Shown: piece by piece, positions 9,154 through 17,778 of the stretch
Position numbering within the stretch: the stretch's first letter is position 1
How the letters are laid out: each line of letters begins with the position of its first letter
Origin: Minisyncoccota bacterium
GTDB lineage: Bacteria > Patescibacteriota > Minisyncoccia > Phycocordibacterales > UBA1006
Direction of reading: 5' to 3'
NCBI GenBank assembly: GCA_036405175.1
Contig: DASWYC010000002.1
Location: 603,373 to 667,372 of the forward strand
Length of the DNA stretch: 64,000 bases
Position numbers and translations under genes: made by a program
The notes under the pieces: model-generated
What the model was told of the DNA's origin: nothing
Database searches by the model: none
Seen by the model: only the letters and a program-made list of their open reading frames with translations

Positions 9154-9597
9154 ATGTTAACGATTACTACTAACAATTCTGGTGAAGCAGCGAAGTATTT
9201 TTTTGACACTATTCAGCATCAAGTTGAAACTGATGGGAAAGTAATTATTGCTTTAAAGGGTGATTTGGGGGCAGGAAAAACCACATTGGTGCAGGAGTTT
9301 TGCAAAATGTGTGGCGTACAAGATGTAGTAACGAGTCCAACCTTTCCCATCATGAATGTGTATGAAGGAGAAATTAATGAACAGAAAACAGTGATTCATC
9401 ACTTTGACTGGTATCGCTTGGATTCTATGGCTGATCTAGGAGTGATTAATTTGCCGATGATTTTATCTCAATTAGGAATATTTTTTATCGAATGGCCAGA
9501 AAAACTACCGGAAGTATTAGGCGATTACGAACACTATGTACTTTCAATAGATATTGAAGGAGAGAGTAGAATTTATAATCTTGAGAAACACAATTAA
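9154..9597 (+). CDS. tsaE: tRNA threonylcarbamoyladenosine biosynthesis protein TsaE (YjeE)
   Basis: P-loop GDLGAGKTTLVQ, then SPTFPIMNVYEG and HHFDWYRL, all typical of TsaE. Confidence 0.8.
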   Translation: MLTITTNNSGEAAKYFFDTIQHQVETDGKVIIALKGDLGAGKTTLVQEFCKMCGVQDVVTSPTFPIMNVYEGEINEQKTVIHHFDWYRLDSMADLGVINLPMILSQLGIFFIEWPEKLPEVLGDYEHYVLSIDIEGESRIYNLEKHN

Positions 9598-9600
9598 AAC

Positions 9601-9721
9601 AAATTTAAATTCCTCCAAAGCAGCGCCTCAAGGGCTAGCGCTCGACGATTATTATAGTCGGGTCCAAAGCCCACCCTCCTTAATAATCGTCTGCGCGACT
9701 GCTTTTTTGGAATTTAAATTT
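9601..9721 (+). ncRNA. Candidate structured RNA element, copy 1 of a two-copy family (second copy 56229..56343)
   Basis: Perfect 13-bp outer stem aaatttaaattcc/ggaatttaaattt. Inner 11-bp stem gacgattatta/taataatcgtc. The blocks agcgcctcaa, gattattatag and ctccttaata.tcgtctg are shared with copy 2. Confidence 0.4.
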
Positions 9722-9758
9722 GTTTTAGAGATTCCCTATTTTCATATATACTAAACCC

Positions 9759-12110
9759 ATGAAACCAGCCCCTATTGTACTTATTGATGCCTACGCGTTG
9801 CTTCATCGCGGATATCACGCATTTCCTCATCTTTCTACGCCAGAAGGCTTTCCAACGGGAGCACTCTATGGATTTACGGCCATGATCGTGCGGATCATTG
9901 AAAAATACGATCCAAAAGACGTTTTGGTGTGTTTTGATATGCCGGAGGAGACGTTTCGCCATGTTGCGTATGAGCAGTATAAGGCGGGCCGTCTAGAGAC
10001 CGATGAGTCTCTTAAGGTTCAGCTTCAAGAAGCACATAATCTTGCGCGTGCGTTCGGTTTTTTAGTCTACGAGAGCCCTTCTTTTGAAGCGGACGATTTA
10101 CTTGGAACACTCGCTGAGCAGCTCAAAAAATCGTATGACGGACAGATTATTATTGCCACCGGTGATAAAGATGCTCTTCAATTAATTGATGGCGAAAAGG
10201 TGGTGGTGTACACCTACAAGAAAACCACCAAAGATACTATTTTATATACCGAAGACGAAGTGCTCAAGGACTTTGGCTATACACCGACACAAGTTCCCGA
10301 TTATAAAGGTCTTGCAGGAGATTCATCAGATAATATTCCCGGCATCAAGGGAATTGGTGAAAAAACTGCCTGCAAGTTGTTGCAAAAATTTGGGAGCATT
10401 GAGCACATGTATGAAGTGCTTGAATCAGGCGATGAGGAAGCATTTACCAGTATTGGGGTAAAGGGTGTTTCTCTTCAAAAGGTAAAAGAAGGTAAAGAAG
10501 ATGCGCTCTTTTCAAAAGTAATTGCAACCATTCGCAGAGATGCACCGGTGAGTTACTCGGAAACGGTAACGTGGAAAGAGCGTGCAAAACCTCAGGAAGT
10601 ATTTAGCTATCTTGGAAAATACTACTTTAAATCAATGCTTAATCAATTTAGAACCTATTTTGGCGAACAGTCTGCTGCAGCAGAAAGTTACGATATTGAT
10701 CCGCTGCTCTTTAAAAAAGCTCAGGTTGCTTATTGGCTTTTGGATTCTCAGCAAACCAATCCAAATATTTTAGACATGCAGTTTTTGACCCACAAGCAAA
10801 CTGTCGAAGAAATTCTTGAAGTGCTTGAACAAAAATTAAAAGATCAAAATTTGTTTGAAGTCTACATAGAAATTGAAGTGCCACTTATTCCAATTTTGGC
10901 AGCGATGAAAGAGCGAGGAATCATGATTGATAGAAAACATTTTGAAGATCTTAAAGTTGAATTTGAAACCAAGATTGCAGAATTAGAGCAGAAAATTCAA
11001 AGTTATGCCGAAGGAAAGATTATCAACATTCGTTCACCAAAACAGGTAGGGGAATTGTTGTTTGATATTCTCAAATTACCTGCTAAATATGTTAAAAAAA
11101 CAGCCACCGGTGAGCGTTCAACGAATGAAAAGGAGCTTTTAAAGATGAAAGACGTGCATCCGGTAATTGATTTATTGCTCGAGTATCGCTTTGCGGAAAA
11201 AATGCGCTCAACGTATATTGAAACGTTGCCGCAAACTGCTGATGAAAACGCCGTGATTCATAGTGATCTTATCCAAACAGGAGCATCAACAGGGCGTTTT
11301 GCATCGGCAAACCCAAATCTTCAAAATATCCCAATTCGTAATGACTCGGCAAAACTTATCCGTGGTGGATTTATTGCACGTCCTGGCTATACGTTTTTAG
11401 CAGCAGACTATTCTCAGATTGAGTTGCGCATTGCGGCTATTTTGTCGGGTGATTCTAACTTAATTGAAATCTTTAAACGCGGAGAAGATGTTCATGCGGG
11501 AGTTGCATCGCGTGTGTTTAATAAGCCGCTTAATGAAGTGACCCTTGATGAGCGTCGCAAAGCAAAGGTGATTAACTTTGGAATTGTATATGGAATGGGT
11601 GTAAGTGCGCTGATGGAAAATCTTAAAACTACTCGTGCGGAGGCTCAGCTTTTCTATGATCAATATAAAAGTACGTTTCCGGTTTTGATGAGTTTTATGG
11701 AGGGAACCAAAAGAAGTGCCGAGGAAACAGGGTATACACTTACATTCTTTGGACGCCGCTGCAACTTTAAAGATCTTAAATCAAAAATGCCGTATGTAAA
11801 AGCAATGGCGGAGCGCATGGCGGCTAACGCACCAATTCAAGGAACGGCAACCGCTGATCTTATTAAATTGGCGCTTAGATTTGTATGGGAAGAAATCACT
11901 CAAAAGTATGGGGAAGATATTTGTATGCCACTTCTGCAGATTCATGATGAATTGTTGTTTGAGGTACAGCTTGGCAAAGAAGATGAGATTGGAAAGAAGA
12001 TCAAGGAAGTGATGGAAAGTGTTTTTGAAAAGTCGTATAAAAAGTACAAGTCTGTGGTGCCAATTTTGGTTGATGTACATACGGGAACCTCGTGGGATAA
12101 GCTTAAATAA
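9759..12110 (+). CDS. polA: DNA polymerase I (short form, 783 aa)
   Basis: 5'-3' exonuclease N-terminus (LIDAYALLHRGYHAF...). Pol A motifs RRKAKVINFGIVYGMG and QIHDELLFE. The length implies a reduced or absent 3'-5' exonuclease domain. Confidence 0.85.
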   Translation: MKPAPIVLIDAYALLHRGYHAFPHLSTPEGFPTGALYGFTAMIVRIIEKYDPKDVLVCFDMPEETFRHVAYEQYKAGRLETDESLKVQLQEAHNLARAFGFLVYESPSFEADDLLGTLAEQLKKSYDGQIIIATGDKDALQLIDGEKVVVYTYKKTTKDTILYTEDEVLKDFGYTPTQVPDYKGLAGDSSDNIPGIKGIGEKTACKLLQKFGSIEHMYEVLESGDEEAFTSIGVKGVSLQKVKEGKEDALFSKVIATIRRDAPVSYSETVTWKERAKPQEVFSYLGKYYFKSMLNQFRTYFGEQSAAAESYDIDPLLFKKAQVAYWLLDSQQTNPNILDMQFLTHKQTVEEILEVLEQKLKDQNLFEVYIEIEVPLIPILAAMKERGIMIDRKHFEDLKVEFETKIAELEQKIQSYAEGKIINIRSPKQVGELLFDILKLPAKYVKKTATGERSTNEKELLKMKDVHPVIDLLLEYRFAEKMRSTYIETLPQTADENAVIHSDLIQTGASTGRFASANPNLQNIPIRNDSAKLIRGGFIARPGYTFLAADYSQIELRIAAILSGDSNLIEIFKRGEDVHAGVASRVFNKPLNEVTLDERRKAKVINFGIVYGMGVSALMENLKTTRAEAQLFYDQYKSTFPVLMSFMEGTKRSAEETGYTLTFFGRRCNFKDLKSKMPYVKAMAERMAANAPIQGTATADLIKLALRFVWEEITQKYGEDICMPLLQIHDELLFEVQLGKEDEIGKKIKEVMESVFEKSYKKYKSVVPILVDVHTGTSWDKLK

Positions 12111-12113
12111 TAT

Positions 12114-12731
12114 ATGGTGTTTTATAAAGATCGCGCATTATTAGCAGGGAAGTATGGTGTTGCCTTTGGTGCTCGTGTAATGAGTGAAGATGTGAGCGTG
12201 CAAGATATTGTTCATGCACTTCAAGAACAAGATATGTTTGGAGAACAGCTTTCTTTTGATATTGAAAAAGATTTTGTTGAATGTACTGATAATGAGATGT
12301 TGATGGATATTTTGAAAAGTACTTCGCACGCCATTTGGTGGTACTCATCAAAAAAGCCAAATATTGCAGGAATAACGTGGCTTGAAGCAGCTCAGCAAAA
12401 GCCGTCATTTAATATTTTTGATTTTGTAGATTTGGTGGTAGCTCGTAATAAAAAAGATGCATGGTTGTATTATCAGCATCATTTAATCCATCAAGAATTA
12501 GCAGAAGTAATTCCAAGTGTATTATGGGGATTTAAATCACTTTTTAACGTAATAATCGGCGAGGCGGAGGGAATGAGTCCATTTGTGATAAATAAAATGA
12601 AAAAACAAAGTATAAAATGGACCCCAGAAGAAGTGGTAAAAAAACAAGCTGAAATGATTGAAATATATGAAGGAGAAATTGAGGGTAAAAATAGTGCTCG
12701 CATGTTTGAGCAGTTTCTGCTTACTTTATAG
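12114..12731 (+). CDS. Hypothetical protein (205 aa)
   Basis: ORF begins 4 nt after the polA stop. No recognisable motifs. Confidence 0.5.
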   Translation: MVFYKDRALLAGKYGVAFGARVMSEDVSVQDIVHALQEQDMFGEQLSFDIEKDFVECTDNEMLMDILKSTSHAIWWYSSKKPNIAGITWLEAAQQKPSFNIFDFVDLVVARNKKDAWLYYQHHLIHQELAEVIPSVLWGFKSLFNVIIGEAEGMSPFVINKMKKQSIKWTPEEVVKKQAEMIEIYEGEIEGKNSARMFEQFLLTL

Positions 12732-13102
12732 GCATCATAACGTATTCTCACTCAGGTAAAATCCATAATGAGTGAGAATAATATGCATGATGCGTCCAAC
12801 ATCATGAGGCTCAAAATTTTGAGGCAAAAAAAATCCTCGATATTTAGCTAAAATAGTTGAGGAAGTTTTTTATAACAAAAAATAAATACTAGAGCTCAAG
12901 GAGTTCCTAAAATCATGTTGATATCAGGAGGTCGTCACATGTTGGGCTTTAAGTCACCTTATTAATTTGTATAAAGAACTTCACTAAATAACTAAAACCG
13001 TTGTAAGAATTAATTTATATGGCCAAAAACGATGGCGTCGTTATTCTCACTGAAGCTTTGCTTCCTTAAGAGTATAGCAAATAAAACTTGGAGTGTAAGA
13101 TG

Positions 13103-13135
13103 TGGAAAAAGAAAATCACCAGCTTACTGGTGATT
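13103..13135. terminator. Bidirectional hairpin terminator
   Basis: aaaatcaccag-cttac-ctggtgatttt flanked by T and A runs. It lies immediately 3' of the minus-strand small ORF that ends at 13142. Confidence 0.55.
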
Positions 13136-13141
13136 TTCTTT

Positions 13142-13315
13142 TTAATATCCTAAGTGGAAGTATTCTTTTAATGTTTTTTCCCAAGTTGGATGGAGAGTAA
13201 CCATAATAGCCATTGCGGGTACTACCAAAATAGAAAGAATCACAAACACAATAAGTTTCCACGCAAAGGTAAGTGCTTCAATAATAGGATTTTGAGGATC
13301 TTTTGCATCTGCCAT
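13142..13315 (-). CDS. Small single-TM membrane protein (57 aa), below the ORF-track size cutoff
   Basis: Reverse-strand ATG at 13315 with GAGG 9 nt upstream. Translation MADAKDPQNPIIEALTFAWKLIVFVILSILVVPAMAIMVTLHPTWEKTLKEYFHLGY. Starts 10 nt after the SpoU-family gene stop and is followed by a hairpin. Confidence 0.4.
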   Translation of the reverse strand: MADAKDPQNPIIEALTFAWKLIVFVILSILVVPAMAIMVTLHPTWEKTLKEYFHLGY

Positions 13316-13324
13316 ACCGCCTCA

Positions 13325-13807
13325 TTATATATCAAATAAGCGATAGAGCACAATTGCGCCCGCAACCGAGACATTGAGCGACTCCTTTTCTCCTCGTTGA
13401 GGGAGTTCAAGAATAGTTGTTGAAGCTTGAAGAAACTCTTGTGAGACACCTTCAACCTCTGCACCCAACACAAGAGCTATATTCTCTGAAGGCGCATAAG
13501 ACTTATAATCAATTGAGCGATCAGACTGCTCAATGCTCACAACCTCATAACCGTGGGCGCGAAGAGCCTTAAGTAATTCCTGAGCAGTTTCAAAATAATG
13601 AGTCTGTACGGTATTTTCTGCGCCAAGTGAAATCTTAATAAAGTCTTTCCGAGGGCGACCATATCTGTCATAAGGAGGAGGGGTTGTGCCAACAAGGCAC
13701 GCTGTAAAGATACCCAAGCAATCCATGGTGCGGTACAGCGATGCCACATTTTGTACACTGCGAAGGTTGTCAAAGACCACAATCGGTCCTTTTGGGTTGA
13801 AATTCAT
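13325..13807 (-). CDS. SpoU/TrmH-family RNA 2'-O-methyltransferase
   Basis: SPOUT motifs: IVVFDNLRSVQNVASLYRTMDCLG, LVLGAEVEGVS, ELPQRGEKESLNVSVAGAIVLYRL. Confidence 0.7.
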   Translation of the reverse strand: MNFNPKGPIVVFDNLRSVQNVASLYRTMDCLGIFTACLVGTTPPPYDRYGRPRKDFIKISLGAENTVQTHYFETAQELLKALRAHGYEVVSIEQSDRSIDYKSYAPSENIALVLGAEVEGVSQEFLQASTTILELPQRGEKESLNVSVAGAIVLYRLFDI

Positions 13808-13845
13808 GCCCTTTTGTTGTATAGTAAACAGCGACTCACGTCAAT

Positions 13846-13918
13846 GTCCCTATAGCTCAGCTGGTAGAGCAGCGGCCTTTTAAGCCGACGGTCGAAGGTT
13901 CGATCCCTTCTGGGGACA
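13846..13918 (+). tRNA. tRNA-Lys (anticodon TTT)
   Basis: Cloverleaf parsed by hand: acceptor gtcccta/tggggac, D-arm gctcagctggtagagc, anticodon loop cttttaa, T-arm gaagg-ttcgatc-ccttc. No encoded CCA. Confidence 0.8.
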
Positions 13919-13938
13919 CACTGTATATACAGTAGAAT

Positions 13939-14604
13939 ATGGAAAACAGCATCAACGATTTTGCTTCTAAAGAAAAACCAATAAAAGTATTCACTCAAAG
14001 AAACAGTAATACCAAAATTACCTGTGAGTTTTTTGATAAGTACTTTATTTATCAATTTAAGGAGGATTATGGCGAAGAAAAGACGCTCAAGATTTTTTAC
14101 GCAAGTGTTGATATTCTCACGGGCCCTACTACTCAAACACAAGTGAATAATGCTGCAACGTTGGTGACGCTTGTGTTATTTATGACCGTTATTACGGTTT
14201 CACTCTTAGATCCGTTGGAGCGCCTCGCTGAGGGAAGAGGACTCTATTTTATGATTAAGATTGCCATTTTATTGTGGTTTTTGTTACGTTGGATTACGCG
14301 AACGAGTTCGTATCACTTAAGCTATGGAGAAGGAGGAGGAATTGTCTTTTTTAGAAATGGTGATATTTTTAGACGCAAAAAGTATAAAGAACAAGCACGT
14401 GACGCAGTGAGTTTTATCATAGATAAGGCAAAAGAAATTACCAAATCAGATCTTTTGGAGACCTATCGAGATCAGGATGATCAAAATGCCAAAAAGCATA
14501 TTCTTAAAATAATGAAGAATAATGAGTTGATTACCGAAGAAGAGGTGGCGACTTTGGAGGCAGAGAATAAAGATATTAAAATTTCGGGATTTTCACAAGA
14601 ATAA
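13939..14604 (+). CDS. Hypothetical membrane protein (221 aa, 2 TM)
   Basis: ORF with a central hydrophobic pair of helices. A perfect 12-nt palindrome ctgtatatacag lies between the tRNA-Lys 3' end and the ATG. Confidence 0.5.
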   Translation: MENSINDFASKEKPIKVFTQRNSNTKITCEFFDKYFIYQFKEDYGEEKTLKIFYASVDILTGPTTQTQVNNAATLVTLVLFMTVITVSLLDPLERLAEGRGLYFMIKIAILLWFLLRWITRTSSYHLSYGEGGGIVFFRNGDIFRRKKYKEQARDAVSFIIDKAKEITKSDLLETYRDQDDQNAKKHILKIMKNNELITEEEVATLEAENKDIKISGFSQE

Positions 14605-14614
14605 AGATGGAGAA

Positions 14615-14643
14615 TTGACAAAAGGAATGAAGGATTTTATAGT
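14615..14643 (+). promoter_or_regulatory. Promoter TTGACA-N17-TATAGT
   Basis: ttgaca 14615..14620, tatagt 14638..14643. It lies 54 nt upstream of the 14697 ORF. Confidence 0.55.
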
Positions 14644-14696
14644 ATCTAAAAATTCTTTAAAATAAATCATTCACCCTTAAAACTTTTTGCTTATTC

Positions 14697-15320
14697 ATGA
14701 AAGATAGAAGCCCTAGTAGATCGGTAAAGAAAAAGTACTTTCCACCCTTTGTTGCTGCCGTAGAAAAACTTCAAAATATGCCAGAATTTTGGCAAGCACT
14801 GGATAAGGGACTTTATAAGAAGGAAATAGTTAATGATTTGAATCTCTTTTACTTGTTTACAGAATATTCTGAAAAAGGCATTTTATTTCTTATTGGCGCT
14901 GCCTTGCAAGGAAACAGTGATCCTCAAAAAGGTATTTGCTTTGAAGGTATCTCTAAAGATAAACAGGAATCCTATAGAAGCTTGGTGGCTAAGAGGGTTT
15001 CAGGCACACAATCATTTATCAACAACATCAAAAATCCTGGTTTTAAAAAGGGTGCACCAGCAACTTTTCAAGCATCATATTCTGGGGTTAGGGCTCGGCA
15101 AGGGTATCGGCTATTTCGAGGAATAGAAAATAAGTTTCTATTGGATTGTTTAAGTAATCCACTATATAGAAATCCTCGAGGTCTGTTATCTATTAAGAAG
15201 ATAACTAACGAATTAAATAAAAGATACAACAGCACCATGCCGCGGATTAAAAAAAGCATTGATTCGAAGCTGACCAGAATAAGAAAGAAAATAAAAACAC
15301 AAAAAGCGAATGCTGCCTGA
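14697..15320 (+). CDS. Hypothetical basic protein (207 aa)
   Basis: ORF with its own promoter. Lys/Arg-rich C-terminus. No recognisable domain. Confidence 0.5.
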   Translation: MKDRSPSRSVKKKYFPPFVAAVEKLQNMPEFWQALDKGLYKKEIVNDLNLFYLFTEYSEKGILFLIGAALQGNSDPQKGICFEGISKDKQESYRSLVAKRVSGTQSFINNIKNPGFKKGAPATFQASYSGVRARQGYRLFRGIENKFLLDCLSNPLYRNPRGLLSIKKITNELNKRYNSTMPRIKKSIDSKLTRIRKKIKTQKANAA

Positions 15321-15397
15321 TTTGTTAGAAAATAGCCACGACACGACGGTGGTTATTTTTTTGTGCCGTAACTATATCCGTTAAAGAAGGGGCACTG

Positions 15398-15424
15398 TTG
15401 ACATGTACATATATATGTGATAAT
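15398..15424 (+). promoter_or_regulatory. Promoter TTGACA-N15-TGtGATAAT (extended -10)
   Basis: ttgaca 15398..15403, then tgtgataat. Upstream of the 15536 ORF. Confidence 0.45.
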
Positions 15425-15535
15425 ATATTTTTAATCTTGTTTCATGACGACAAGTAAAAGATGTGGTGTGTGCCATATCCGCATGTGATTAAAAGCATAC
15501 GAAAGTCTAATCTAAATTAAAAATTCAATTTAAAA

Positions 15536-16765
15536 ATGGAAAACAAAACTTTTCTTGAAAAACTAGGCTTCTTTTTGTGGCCTATCGCTGCCAATCTGGG
15601 TGTATTTATGTATCTCCAAAAGACAAGTCTTATCCCAGCTGTTCAATTCATTGTAAGTGGGGTAATAGGTATTCTTTTGGTATTAATTTCAATTCGTCGT
15701 AGAAATGATGAGTTGAATGAAAGTATAGAGTCAAGTCGAGCGGTTACTATCGCTGTTTTTGCCACCATGCTTTTATGCATTCTGGGGAGGCAATTTGTAG
15801 CCTATAAACCCATTAACTTATTAGGCGAGCTTGCTTTTCTGGGAGTTATCCTAATAGGCATTTGTTTCATTTTTGTCGCCTCAGACGAATCTGTCGAAAA
15901 AGACTATGGGATATCTCATTACCTCAGTAAATCTGCAGCAATATTTGCTGTTGTGGGACTAATTCACGAAGCATATTGCTACTTCGGAACTCAATTTATA
16001 TGGGTGCCATTGATTTGTTTTTTCTGTTGCATGGTTCTTTTAAAGGGAGATGAAATCATCAATGATATTCTTAGCGACCATGCTCCAAAAATGATGACAA
16101 TGCTAATTGCTATTGGTGTAGTTAGTACACTCTATCAGTTTTGGTTTACCAGGCTATTCTCAGGTCCAATGTTATGGGAGGCTTTACTTGGTATGGCCAC
16201 CTCTATCATAATAGTTGGCATATTTCTGTTCATTGCTCGAAACATTCGAAGAAATGAGGAGAAAAAAAGAAAAGATAGTCTAAATACTCGTAAGCAGGAA
16301 GAAGATGAAAAGGATAGAGGGTTAAAGGAAAAAAAGAAGCAGGAAGATGTCGCTAAGTACTATGCTGAACTAAAAGAGGAATCTCCGAGTTGGGACAGTA
16401 TTCTATTTATTGCAGCCAATGTTCAGTGGAGAAGTGACAGTGATGCATACCAGGTTCTGGTTGAAGCAATTAGGAAAAAGAGTTTATCTGTTTTAATTAC
16501 TTCATCACAAGTAAAAGAACAAATGTTCTGGAAGGGTAATTCATTGGAAGATGCCCTGAAATTCGTTAATGATCTTTTTGACTTTTCATCTGATGATGAG
16601 ACTCTAAAGATGCTCATAGAAAAGTATAAAGAATTTAATTCTTTTATTGAAAGTCACAAGGACCTGAAAGGCTATGAAGCCTTACAGAAAAACTCAGGCA
16701 ATCTTTGCTCGTCAATTGTGAGTATCGCCAAGAAAGATGTTAAAAAAGAAGTTGTTGAAGTTTAA
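15536..16765 (+). CDS. Hypothetical polytopic membrane protein with a K/E-rich cytoplasmic C-terminal domain (409 aa)
   Basis: About six hydrophobic helices in the N-terminal 230 aa, then a highly charged RRNEEKKRKD...KEKKKQED linker and a soluble domain. Confidence 0.55.
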   Translation: MENKTFLEKLGFFLWPIAANLGVFMYLQKTSLIPAVQFIVSGVIGILLVLISIRRRNDELNESIESSRAVTIAVFATMLLCILGRQFVAYKPINLLGELAFLGVILIGICFIFVASDESVEKDYGISHYLSKSAAIFAVVGLIHEAYCYFGTQFIWVPLICFFCCMVLLKGDEIINDILSDHAPKMMTMLIAIGVVSTLYQFWFTRLFSGPMLWEALLGMATSIIIVGIFLFIARNIRRNEEKKRKDSLNTRKQEEDEKDRGLKEKKKQEDVAKYYAELKEESPSWDSILFIAANVQWRSDSDAYQVLVEAIRKKSLSVLITSSQVKEQMFWKGNSLEDALKFVNDLFDFSSDDETLKMLIEKYKEFNSFIESHKDLKGYEALQKNSGNLCSSIVSIAKKDVKKEVVEV

Positions 16766-16786
16766 TGTGAATTTATATTATTTGGA

Positions 16787-16817
16787 ATAAGAGAAGCTAT
16801 ACTTCTCTTATTTTTTG
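16787..16817 (+). terminator. Rho-independent terminator abutting a tRNA
   Basis: ataagagaag-ctatac-cttctcttat followed by tttttt. The next base begins the minus-strand tRNA-Arg. Confidence 0.7.
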
Positions 16818-16889
16818 TGCCCACGGGCGGAATTGAACCACCAATAACTCCTTAGGACGGAGCAGTTATATCCGTTTAACTACAGGGGC
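16818..16889 (-). tRNA. tRNA-Arg (anticodon CCT)
   Basis: Reverse complement folds as acceptor gcccctg/cgtgggc (one C-U mismatch), D-arm gtta-aacggata-taac, anticodon stem gctcc/ggagt with loop gtcctaa, T-arm ggtgg-ttcaatt-ccgcc. Confidence 0.7.
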
Positions 16890-16984
16890 AGTAAAGTGAG
16901 TATAGCAGAAACATCTCTGGCATCAACACGGTTTTTCACTGTACGCAAGAGAGGTGAATTTACTATGAACGTATCCATAAAGAA

Positions 16985-17575
16985 TCACCTCATGTTTTTA
17001 GCAAGGTTCTTCATTCCTTCACGCATAACCAACGAAAGCGTCATTGAATCATCAATAGACATATTGGTGAGCACTTCTTTAACCAAAGCTTCTTCATACC
17101 CAAGTGACACCAATGCTTCAAACGCCTCATGATAAAGCGGATTAGTAACGGTGTTGGTGATAGCTTCTTGGTGATCTTCGGCAAATGAGTAGAGCTCAAT
17201 AATTGTTTTTTCTGCAGTCTTCTTACCGATGCCAGGTGTCTTGGCGAGCATGGCTGCATCTTTACCAATAAGTGCGCGCAGTAATCCTGAAACTCCCAAG
17301 TTAGACAAGATTGAAAGTGCGGATTTGGGTCCAAGACCAGAAACACTCATGAGTTTTTTAAAAACAGTTCGCTCAAAGCCATCAATAAATCCATAGAGTT
17401 CATGAGCATCATCTTTTATAACAAGGTGGGTATATAAATATATGTTTGAGGGAATAGTCGAAAGAGCGGTTTCTTTGGTGCAGAATACGCCGTAGGTAAG
17501 GCCTGATGGGGTCTCAATGGATATTTTCGAGGTAAAATCGGTATCAATAGCGATTCCAGCAATGCGTTCTATCAT
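16985..17575 (-). CDS. ruvA: Holliday junction DNA helicase RuvA
   Basis: MIERIAGI... N-terminus. Two HhH motifs (LMSVSGLGPKSALSIL; LAKTPGIGKKTAEKTIIEL). Confidence 0.85.
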   Translation of the reverse strand: MIERIAGIAIDTDFTSKISIETPSGLTYGVFCTKETALSTIPSNIYLYTHLVIKDDAHELYGFIDGFERTVFKKLMSVSGLGPKSALSILSNLGVSGLLRALIGKDAAMLAKTPGIGKKTAEKTIIELYSFAEDHQEAITNTVTNPLYHEAFEALVSLGYEEALVKEVLTNMSIDDSMTLSLVMREGMKNLAKNMR

Positions 17576-17778
17576 GGAATAAGTGTAGCAAAAAAGCGGC
17601 GGAGGTGCATTTGGAATGGCGGCTCATTCTTCTAAAATCGCAGTAAATAGAAGAATGAGCCGCCTGATATTTACAAATCACACAAAATACGGTACTCTAG
17701 TACTGTTCGCCAATGGTATAGGTGGCTTGTCTCAGCACCTATGCGTTACTAGGTAAACTAATATATTGAACCAATAGT

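Noticed and set aside
9601-9721. Possibility that the two-copy element is a small SRP (4.5S) RNA, 6S RNA or hammerhead ribozyme
   Set aside because: No GNRA-closed helix-8 motif with AGCAGCC geometry, no CUGANGA/GAAA hammerhead core and no 6S-like central bubble could be found by eye. It is left as an unknown family.
12103-12408. Minus-strand 101-aa ORF overlapping the polA end and the 12114 gene
   Set aside because: It is antisense to two well-supported plus-strand genes, with His/Gln/Leu-rich low-complexity translation.
13100-13150. 16-codon ORF MWKKKITSLLVIFFLIS with GGAG upstream
   Set aside because: The sequence is the hairpin terminator of the convergent small gene. The peptide is just the translation of the stem-loop.
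17625-17665. Hairpin ggcggctcattcttc-(loop)-gaagaatgagccgcc between ruvA and rpsT
   Set aside because: It may be an rpsT leader structure or a protective hairpin. It has no T-run and only one copy, so it is not reported as a feature.
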